Assembly: GCA_964577595.1 (NCBI GenBank)
Contig: CAZNZK010000004.1
Location: forward strand, 27,294 to 91,293
Length of the DNA: 64,000 nt
Direction: 5' to 3'
Source: an uncultured Candidatus Saccharibacteria bacterium
GTDB lineage: Bacteria > Patescibacteriota > Minisyncoccia > Phycocordibacterales > JAKAEA01
Shown: piece after piece, positions 57,262 to 64,000 of the stretch
Numbering within the stretch: position 1 is the stretch's first letter
Layout of the letters: each line of letters opens with the position of its first letter
The notes under the pieces: generated by a model
Databases searched by the model: none
Seen by the model: only the letters and a program-made list of their open reading frames with translations
What the model was told of the DNA's origin: nothing
Position numbers and translations under genes: made by a program

Positions 57262-57640
57262 CGGTTTACAAAAAATTTTCCAAAAGAAATCCCCCTTACA
57301 GACCTGCCGATATAGTCTGAGGGGGATTCGAATGTGTGTGGCTTACGACTCCTTTCGTTGTCATAGATCCGCGGCGGAATTGCTCTGCCAATTTGTACGC
57401 ATTTCGGTGGGATTGCCAGTCCACGTCTGAGAGTTACTTTTTGTCCAGCGACCCTTCTCGGGCACGGTACTGAACCGTTTTCACTCAACCGTTTTTCAAC
57501 GCGCACATCTTCCGTTGTGTTCCAGGAAGACTTATGGGGAGCTTTTCCGTCGTTACGGTTTCTTTGAGTCCCATTACTGGGAGCCCAAGTATCCCTAGGG
57601 CTTACGATCTTTTTCCCGAGGGACAGCCGAATACTCTGAA
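57262..57640. ncRNA. Candidate ~380-nt structured RNA (family and strand unresolved; plus-strand motifs resemble bacterial RNase P RNA)
   Basis: No credible ORF on either strand. The plus strand carries GGCACGGTACTGAACCG (cf. E. coli M1 …CCCGUACUGAACCCGG…), AGAAATCCCCC (cf. GGAAAGUCCGG, P4 5' side) and CCCTAGGGCTTACGATC (cf. ACAGAACCCGGCUUAUCGGUC, P4 3' side) at compatible spacing. The minus strand carries a TTGACA-17-TATCAT promoter at 57673..57645. Confidence 0.3.
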
Positions 57641-57644
57641 GAGT

Positions 57645-57673
57645 ATGATAGCATATACTATTACTAATGTCAA
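57645..57673 (-). promoter_or_regulatory. Sigma-70-like promoter (TTGACA-17 nt-TATCAT) on the minus strand, overlapping the topA stop and pointing into the non-coding region
   Basis: -35 at 57673..57668, -10 at 57650..57645. Confidence 0.4.
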
Positions 57674-57677
57674 GGGT

Positions 57678-60071
57678 TTATGCTATTTTACTTTTACGAG
57701 CAAAGCCGCGGGGCTTTTTGGGTTCGGCGAGAATTTCTAAGGCGCGGGGCAATTCAATGGTGTAGACGTCATCTTTTTTAAGCGAGCGGAAGTCAGTGTC
57801 GTGCACAACATAGGGGCCAAAGCGGCCGATGTTGGCACTAATTGGCTTGCCAGTTTGGGGGTGGTTACCAAGAACACGCGGCAAGCTCAAGTAGTGGAGG
57901 GCGTCGGCAACGGTAACGGTGCTTGGATCCTTAATTTTAGGAATACTAGACATGCGGGGCTTGGCAACTGGGGCGGTGGCAGGCGCGGCCTCGGCGCTGG
58001 CATCCGTAGTGCCATCTTCAGCGACCACTTTCTTCTTTTTTGATTTTGGCACCTTTGGCATTTTCTTGGGGGTTTCGCCAAGCTGAACATAGGGGCCAAA
58101 GCGGCCGATTTTTACGAAAATAGGCAAGTTGGTGGCCGGATCTGTGCCGATGGGTTTATCGGCGGCAATTTCCTTACCATCAATAGTAAGAGCGCCGGTG
58201 CAGTTGGGGAAACGGGAACAGCTCATAAACTTGCCGTTTTTACCGAGCTTAATAATCATGCTGGAGCCGCAGATAGGACATTTAAACTCGGCGGGGGCGG
58301 CACCAAGATCAGTAATTTTTTTAGTATTTTTCTCTTTTTCTTTTACTTCTTTGCTGAAGGGTTTATAAAAAGCGGCCAGCACGGGAATATATTCTTTCTC
58401 GCCGTTGGCGATATCGTCCAACTTGTTTTCCATTTCTGCGGTGAATGAGTCGCTGATATATTCAGCAAAATTTTCCTCCAAGAAAGAACTCACCACATCG
58501 CCGGTGTCGGTGGGTTTCAGGGCGCGGTCAATTTTTTCCACGTAGCCACGGTCAACAATTGTCTTAATAATAGAAGCGTAGGTAGAAGGCCGGCCGATGC
58601 CGCGGGCTTCAAGCTCCTTCACTAGGCCAGCTTCAGAATAGCGGGCGGGCGGCTGGGTTTGCTTTTCGTCGGTTTTAATTTCAACGAGAGTGAGAGCATC
58701 GTTCTCATGAACGCGCGGCAAAATCACATCATCTTGCTGGCCTTCTGGGTCGGCTTTGAGCCAGCCATCAAAAAGGACGCGCGAGCCGTTAATGGTGAAA
58801 TCGGGGATTTTTAATCCAGCACCACTTTTTATTGCGCCGCCATTTTTTGCGTTAGCAGCCAAATCTGTATCTGAAAGTGGTGCTCCATAAACAGCGTTCG
58901 CTGTTACTTTTGTGCGCAGGGTTTTCGCGTCGCTCATTTGCGAAGCGATGGTGCGTTGCCAAATGAGCTGATAGAGCTTTTTCTGTTCGTCGTTATGGCC
59001 GGCGCTGGTTTTTTCCACATGACTGGGGCGAATGGCTTCGTGGGCTTCCTGAGCGTTCTTGCTCTTGGTTTGATACTGTCGCGCTTCTAAATAATCGGCG
59101 CCATACAGCTTCTGCACTAAATTAGAAATTTGCCCCATGGCCTGGCCACCGAGGGTGGTGCTGTCGGTGCGCATGTAGGTAATGAAACCGGCTTCGTAAA
59201 GCTTCTGGGCAATAAGCATGGTGCGCGAAGGCGAGAAGCCGAGGCGCGAGCTGGCGGCTTGCTGGAGCGTGGAAGTAGTAAAGGGTGGCTTGGCGGCACG
59301 CTTCACTTCCGTTTCTTTTACGTCAATAACTTTCCAAGCGTTTTTAGCACCGGCTTCGCGTCCGACGGCTAAAATTCGCTCCATTTCTTTTTGGTCGCGC
59401 GGCTCTTCGGTGCATTCTAAGAGAAGCGTTTTGCCGGCTTCTTTACCTTCTGCGATTTTTGTTTCAGCCGTAATTACCCAAAATGTCTCAGGCTTGAAAG
59501 CGCGGATTTCTCGTTCGCGCTCCATTAATATGCGTAAAGCGGGGGATTGCACCCGGCCAGCAGAAAGGCCGTAGCGCACCTTCTTCCATATAAGGCCTGA
59601 AAGATCGTAGCCCACGAGCCTATCCAGCACACGGCGCGCCTCCTGGGCCTCCTTAAGGCGCATATCTATAGAGCGGGGGTGCAGAAGGGCCTCCTCAACC
59701 GCCTCCTTGGTAATTTCATGAAAAACGACGCGCTTTGGGTGCACTAAATGGGCGGCCTGAGCTACGTGCCAGGCAATAGCTTCACCTTCACGGTCGGGGT
59801 CGGTTGCGAGTAGAACCTCATCGGCTTTTTTAGCCAGCGCCTCAATTTCCGCCACCACACCCTCTTTGCCTTTGGAAATTTCATAATGCGGCACGAAGCC
59901 AGCCGGAATATCAATGGCTTTATTGTTGTTCTTGGGCAAATCGCGCACGTGGCCCACCGAGGCCACTACCTGGTAGCCGCCCTTGCCGGCGATTTTTGCG
60001 TCGGCGTCGCCGCTCAAATATTTAGAAATTGTTTTCGCTTTTGAGGGCGATTCCACGATAAGTAATTTCAT
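57678..60071 (-). CDS. topA: DNA topoisomerase I
   Basis: TOPRIM N-terminus (MKLLIVESPSKAKTISKYL), catalytic Tyr region, and C-terminal zinc ribbons (CPICGS…CSRFPNC). 797 aa. Confidence 0.9.
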   Translation of the reverse strand: MKLLIVESPSKAKTISKYLSGDADAKIAGKGGYQVVASVGHVRDLPKNNNKAIDIPAGFVPHYEISKGKEGVVAEIEALAKKADEVLLATDPDREGEAIAWHVAQAAHLVHPKRVVFHEITKEAVEEALLHPRSIDMRLKEAQEARRVLDRLVGYDLSGLIWKKVRYGLSAGRVQSPALRILMEREREIRAFKPETFWVITAETKIAEGKEAGKTLLLECTEEPRDQKEMERILAVGREAGAKNAWKVIDVKETEVKRAAKPPFTTSTLQQAASSRLGFSPSRTMLIAQKLYEAGFITYMRTDSTTLGGQAMGQISNLVQKLYGADYLEARQYQTKSKNAQEAHEAIRPSHVEKTSAGHNDEQKKLYQLIWQRTIASQMSDAKTLRTKVTANAVYGAPLSDTDLAANAKNGGAIKSGAGLKIPDFTINGSRVLFDGWLKADPEGQQDDVILPRVHENDALTLVEIKTDEKQTQPPARYSEAGLVKELEARGIGRPSTYASIIKTIVDRGYVEKIDRALKPTDTGDVVSSFLEENFAEYISDSFTAEMENKLDDIANGEKEYIPVLAAFYKPFSKEVKEKEKNTKKITDLGAAPAEFKCPICGSSMIIKLGKNGKFMSCSRFPNCTGALTIDGKEIAADKPIGTDPATNLPIFVKIGRFGPYVQLGETPKKMPKVPKSKKKKVVAEDGTTDASAEAAPATAPVAKPRMSSIPKIKDPSTVTVADALHYLSLPRVLGNHPQTGKPISANIGRFGPYVVHDTDFRSLKKDDVYTIELPRALEILAEPKKPRGFARKSKIA

Positions 60072-60348
60072 ATGATGCCTTCAATTAATACTACGCATCA
60101 GTTTTTTTAGCAAATAAAGCGGGGGATAGCGCTTCAGAAAACCTTTAAGAAACATTGATGAGATTTTTAACCCTAGTGTGCTAGATAAATTCATATTCGC
60201 ATATGTAGAAACGTCCACCAAAGACATGCTCTAGTGGACGTTCCTAATCTTCTGACCCCTCAAAGAACTTTTGGAAGGTTCCTTTTTGAGGCGGGGTGCC
60301 GAAGCACAATGGGTGAAGTATAGCAAAAAGAAAAACGAGGTCAATTAG

Positions 60349-60377
60349 TTGACGAAAGCCACATTTTATAGTAATAT
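60349..60377 (+). promoter_or_regulatory. Promoter TTGACG-17-TAATAT for the 60443 gene, overlapping an inverted repeat GTCAA-TTAG-TTGAC (60340..60353)
   Basis: Read directly. AAAGGAG RBS at 60431..60437 precedes ATG 60443. Confidence 0.45.
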
Positions 60378-60442
60378 TTTAGACGGCATATTCCATTAGT
60401 ATTTTCTGATCTTTTCACAATCAATTACAAAAAGGAGTTGGT

Positions 60443-61021
60443 ATGAGTTCGACAGATCCCGTCGCCGATGTAAGTGATGCGCGCGACGTGCCTGGCCTCG
60501 TTCTTCAGGAACTCCGGAGGCAGTATGCGCCGGAAAAAGAGTTGAACCTGAAGTACGCTTCCCGGCGCTTCGGTTTTATTAACGGGCAGTTTGCGGCCTC
60601 GTTCCTGGAAAAGAATCATTGCGTTCTTTTCCTTCAGGAAGGTAAGCGCATTTGCCGGTTAATTCTGGCTTTCTGCGCGCCCGATGACGAATCTGACGAC
60701 TCTGCTGTCTCGGGAAAAGGCCGACTTCGGCTTTTGGAGCCCAGTCTTATTATCAGTGGCGGTCTTTTTATGCCACTGGCGGGAGTGGCAAAGCCTGAAA
60801 TGACCCTGAAGAGCGCAGTTCGTTTCTTGGCTCCGCCCTCAACATCGCGTCCTGAACATCTGGAATTTCTCGGCACACTTATAACGGTGGCGGCACGCAT
60901 TGTCGGCGCAGCAAACTATGAACGCGTTTGCGTTTCGCAATCCGACTTACGTGAGGCCCGCATCCTTGACGATATCACTGTCTCCTATCTTGTCACCGAT
61001 TTTAACTTCGGTGAGCTGTAG
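60443..61021 (+). CDS. Hypothetical protein
   Basis: 192 aa with good promoter and RBS context. No motif recognised. Confidence 0.5.
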   Translation: MSSTDPVADVSDARDVPGLVLQELRRQYAPEKELNLKYASRRFGFINGQFAASFLEKNHCVLFLQEGKRICRLILAFCAPDDESDDSAVSGKGRLRLLEPSLIISGGLFMPLAGVAKPEMTLKSAVRFLAPPSTSRPEHLEFLGTLITVAARIVGAANYERVCVSQSDLREARILDDITVSYLVTDFNFGEL

Positions 61022-61108
61022 TAACCCGCGCTTGAAATTGTAGTTGCGAGCAAAAATATCATAACCGTGGCGATTCAGTTCGTCACGGTTTTTTCTTGTT
61101 GCAAGCTA

Positions 61109-61600
61109 CTATAGCGCCGAAATATCCTTCAAAATCTCGCCCGCATGGCTGGCGGGGTCTACTTTTGGATAGGCCTTAATAATATTACCCGCATTTGGGC
61201 CTATAGCGGCGATAAGGTAGGAAATGCGTGCTGTGCCGCCGCGAAAATAACCCGATTCGCGGATAGCGCCATATGCCTTAATGGTGACTTTCTCCGGATC
61301 GCTCAAAAGTGTAAAGGGCAGGCTGTATTTTTCGGCAAACTTCTTATGGCTCTCGGGCGAATCCTTGCTGATGCCAAAAACCTTCACGCCCGCCGTCGCA
61401 AAATCGGTATAGGCCTCGCGAATAACGCAAGCTTCCTGCGTACAGCCCGGCGTGTCGTCTTTCGGATAAAAATACACCAGAATATATTTTATAAGGGGTA
61501 CCTCTTTTGTCGCATTTGCCACGTGCCACGCCAGCGAGTGCATCGCGCCATTTTGGTCGGGGAGATTAAAATCTGGGGCTTTGGTGCCGTGTTTGAGCAT
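61109..61600 (-). CDS. bcp: Peroxiredoxin (Bcp/thiol peroxidase, AhpC-TSA family)
   Basis: …YFYPKDDTPGCTQEACVIREAY… peroxidatic Cys motif. Start at ATG 61600 (MLKHGTKAPDF…). Confidence 0.8.
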   Translation of the reverse strand: MLKHGTKAPDFNLPDQNGAMHSLAWHVANATKEVPLIKYILVYFYPKDDTPGCTQEACVIREAYTDFATAGVKVFGISKDSPESHKKFAEKYSLPFTLLSDPEKVTIKAYGAIRESGYFRGGTARISYLIAAIGPNAGNIIKAYPKVDPASHAGEILKDISAL

Positions 61601-61695
61601 AGGTATGATTGTACTACGAATAAAAATGAAGAAAAGATGAAGCCCAATCCACTTTTTAAAAGAAGAGTGGCGAATGCTCATGCTAGAGTAGGTGT

Positions 61696-62184
61696 ATGAA
61701 AAAAATTGTATCCGAACCCGCTCATAACGGTAACCAAAAGAAAGAACTCATTCTCTACACCGACAAGCGGGGAAACGTAGAACTACACGCCGATGTTGAA
61801 AAAGAGACAATTTTGGCGACCCTTGATCAAATCGCTCAAATTTTTGGCCGTGACAAATCGGTCATTTCCCGTCACTTGAAAAATATATTTTCCAGTGCCG
61901 AATTGAATCGGGATTCAGTTGTTGCAAAAAATGCAACAACTGCCACGGATGGAAAAACGTATATCGTGGAATATTTTAATCTTGACGCAATACTTTCCGT
62001 CGGTTATCGCGTGAATTCAAAACAAGCCACAGCTTTCCGTCAGTGGGCTACGAGAACGTTACGTGACTATTTGGTCAAAGGAATTGTGTTAAATACCCGT
62101 CGCATTCATCGGTTGCATAAAAAAGATGCCAAAAAATTCAAACAAACATCAGCAAAATCAGCCATAGTGTTACTGGTAGCTTAA
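61696..62184 (+). CDS. RhuM-family protein (N-terminal domain only)
   Basis: …ELILYTDKRGNVELHADVEKETILATLDQIAQIFGRDKSVISRHLKNIF…YFNLDAILSVGYRVNSKQATAFRQWATRTLRDYLVKG… follows the RhuM pattern. Confidence 0.65.
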   Translation: MKKIVSEPAHNGNQKKELILYTDKRGNVELHADVEKETILATLDQIAQIFGRDKSVISRHLKNIFSSAELNRDSVVAKNATTATDGKTYIVEYFNLDAILSVGYRVNSKQATAFRQWATRTLRDYLVKGIVLNTRRIHRLHKKDAKKFKQTSAKSAIVLLVA

Positions 62185-62191
62185 AGGAACA

Positions 62192-62963
62192 TTACTTCCA
62201 CATCACCTCGGCTGGAGCATCTTTGCCGGCTTCAAGGGTTTCTATTATTTTTCCGGCGACTAATTCTGGCGCGTCGGCAACGGGCATCGCTTGCCCATTC
62301 GGCCCCGTTGCCCGCTCACGCGAAACCATACCTTCCATACCCGGCGCACGCACGGCATTCTTGCCAAAATCCGTCGCGGTGAGGCCCGGATGCACCACCG
62401 AAACGACAATCCCATCCTTGGCCAATTCTACCCGGGCAGTGAGCGAGAGGGCATTCAGCGCATATTTCGTGGACGCATAGCCGCCCAAATACGGAAAGGT
62501 ATTCTTGGAAACCATGGAGCTCACGTTCACAATCTGCCCGCGCAGGCCCGTACCACCTTTCTCGCTCGCTGAAACCCCGTCTTCCACCGGCTTCTGTTTG
62601 CGCATGAGCGGAATGATTTCCTGCATCGCCGCCAGCGGCCCCACCACGTTGAGCGCCCACACGCTCGCATAATCTTCCAAATTAATATTTTCTACCGGCC
62701 CATACAAGCCAACGCCCGCATTGTTGACGATAGCATCAACCCGGCCGAATTTTTTCTCCACCGTCGCCACCATTTTCTTCACATCGGCATTCTTGGCCAT
62801 GTTGGCCGGTAGCGCCACCGCGCCAGGCAAGGCCTTTTCCAGAATGGCCAGCTTCTCCCTGGAACGCGCGACCAGCACCACTCGCGCCCCTTTGGCCACC
62901 AAAAGCTTTGCCGTGGCCTCGCCAATACCCGCCGACGCATATATCTTAGAAAGAAAGCAGTGA
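62192..62963 (-). CDS. Short-chain dehydrogenase/reductase (SDR), N-terminus uncertain (possible frameshift)
   Basis: Degenerate Rossmann (KIYASAGIGEA…), NNAG, and S…YxxxK (…YASTKYA…) motifs. The long ORF-track N-terminal extension is antisense to 62985..63530 and is junk. No canonical start is in frame; the ATG at 62986 is +1 out of frame across a CTTTCTTTCT tract. Confidence 0.55.
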
Positions 62964-62984
62964 ATGTTGTAAAATACTACCCAT

Positions 62985-63530
62985 ATGCCCGACGACACTA
63001 CTGCTACTACTGACGATGGAACGGAGGGGGAACAAGACGTGAGCGAGACGTCTACGCCAACAATACCCGCGCCAGCGTTAACACCCGCCATAACGCCAAC
63101 CCTAAGGGGAGCGGAGCCGGAATCGCCACCTGAACCCGAACCGCAACCCCAACAGGACGCGTCGGCGGCGGATGTGGCTAATTCACCCCCAGAAGCCCCA
63201 GAACCGACCACGGAACCCACCCCAGAACCAAGCATAGGCGCGGCTCCTGCGGAGGTGCGGGAGAACACCACCCCGATGGCGCCATCTAAAAGCTGGGCAC
63301 TTTCCCTGCTGGCCTTGGCCCGCGCAAAAATGCAGTTTAAAAAGCAGAAAAAGCTGGACGAAATTATGGCGTTGGCGGGGCAGAGGCGGGTGGTGGTGAG
63401 CCGCGACATTGAGCTCCTGCTCCATGTGTCGGCGGCAACGGCGACGCGATACTTGGAGGCATTGGTGAAAGCGGGCCGCCTGCACCCCTCGGGCGCGTTT
63501 CGGCATACGAAGTATGAGGTGGTGGGGTGA
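62985..63530 (+). CDS. Hypothetical protein with an acidic Pro/Thr/Glu-rich disordered N-terminus and a C-terminal winged-helix-like domain
   Basis: …LDEIMALAGQRRVVVSRDIELLLHVSAATATRYLEALVKAGRL… looks like an HTH. The antisense frame shows typical G/S-rich junk. Confidence 0.45.
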   Translation: MPDDTTATTDDGTEGEQDVSETSTPTIPAPALTPAITPTLRGAEPESPPEPEPQPQQDASAADVANSPPEAPEPTTEPTPEPSIGAAPAEVRENTTPMAPSKSWALSLLALARAKMQFKKQKKLDEIMALAGQRRVVVSRDIELLLHVSAATATRYLEALVKAGRLHPSGAFRHTKYEVVG

Positions 63531-63594
63531 GTTTGCGCTACATTTTCCACCAGTACACAAGATTGTTTTTCGACTGTCATGCGGTATACTAGCC

Positions 63595-63810
63595 ATGCTA
63601 ATGGATCGCAAGTCTCTATTTCTGAAGACCTATGCTAATTTGCCGCGGGGTAGCCGTGAGGAGATTGTGGCTGTAGTAGAAGGTGAGCCATATACCTGGC
63701 AATCGGCTAAGCTTGAGGTTGAGCAAGATACGCCGATTGGCACTAAAATTTTGGAAGTGTTGGTAGCACTCAAAATTCTCCATGAAAGAACAACAGAAAA
63801 ACCAAATTGA
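63595..63810 (+). CDS. Hypothetical small protein
   Basis: 71-aa ORF (MLMDRKSLFLKTYANLPRGSREEIVAVVEGEPYTWQ…) with no RBS. It overlaps the next ORF by 29 nt. Confidence 0.25.
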   Translation: MLMDRKSLFLKTYANLPRGSREEIVAVVEGEPYTWQSAKLEVEQDTPIGTKILEVLVALKILHERTTEKPN

Positions 63811-64000
63811 TGAGGTTATTGCCGACCCAGAACTTCGCAAACAGCTAAAGGCCATTGTACTGGAGCGGGCTATGGCCATGCCGGCGAGCTTGCGGGTGGC
63901 TATTGGCTCGGACCACATCTCTCAAAAAGAGCTCGTGAAGCATATCCAGGATGAAGATGAGATTGGCAAACAAATGATGGCTATTGACCTTGGCTTTTTG
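63782..64000 (+). CDS. Hypothetical protein, 5' partial (runs off the window)
   Basis: MKEQQKNQIDEVIADPELRKQLKAIVLERAMAMPASLRVAIGSDHISQKELVKHIQDEDEIGKQMMAIDLGFL…. Confidence 0.35.
   Translation, partial: MKEQQKNQIDEVIADPELRKQLKAIVLERAMAMPASLRVAIGSDHISQKELVKHIQDEDEIGKQMMAIDLGFL

Noticed and set aside
57262-57640. tmRNA (ssrA) assignment for the structured region
   Set aside because: No tRNA-like 3' end (GGGGG-TTCGAAT-CCCCC-acceptor-CCA) on either strand and no plausible tag reading frame ending in tandem stops. The only TTCGAATCCCCC segment lacks the 5' T-stem partner.
1-64000. CRISPR arrays, rRNA genes, transposase/integrase genes
   Set aside because: No direct-repeat/spacer arrays, no rRNA-like sequence, and no DDE or tyrosine-recombinase motifs were seen anywhere in the window.

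Overview
This 64 kb window looks like a reduced, housekeeping-rich bacterial genome, and its gene content hints at a CPR/Patescibacteria-like organism. The housekeeping genes (infB, rbfA, clpB, rarA, pheS, gyrB, thrS, dnaE, rnhB, rpmF, rnc, smc-like, rnr, rpsP, trmD, miaA, parB, topA) are dense and intact. They sit among seven tRNA genes and several small accessory islets. TAA and TAG both act as ordinary stop codons here (clpB ends in TAA, thrS in TAG), so the window shows no stop-codon recoding. The observations I consider most worth a second look are these.
- A ~3.1 kb islet (Fic, an unknown protein, a metallophosphoesterase) sits at the 3' end of tRNA-Trp and is bounded by an exact 21-bp direct repeat. 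A further copy sits in its middle.
- A ~1 kb cassette (a VOC enzyme plus a MazF/PemK-like toxin) is bounded by an exact 19-bp direct repeat. A paralogous MazF-like gene also lacks any antitoxin gene.
- A ~260-bp hairpin-rich intergenic element occurs twice, upstream of the smc-like gene and upstream of a PIG-L deacetylase gene.
- Two unannotated candidate structured RNAs are present. One is ~160 nt with its own TTGACG-16-TATAAT promoter and terminator. The other spans ~380 nt next to topA and carries RNase P-like sequence motifs.
- Two otherwise intact genes each carry a single in-frame stop: a TAG in an SPFH/band-7 gene and a TAA in an ABC exporter.
- Unusual architectures include a protein with two tandem SET domains, a NusB-Nudix fusion, and a sortase next to a Pro-rich repeat surface protein with a VPYTG sorting-signal-like tail.
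- Three tandem VirB2/TrbC-like mini-membrane proteins open the window.
Everything here is inferred from reading the sequence. No database search was run.
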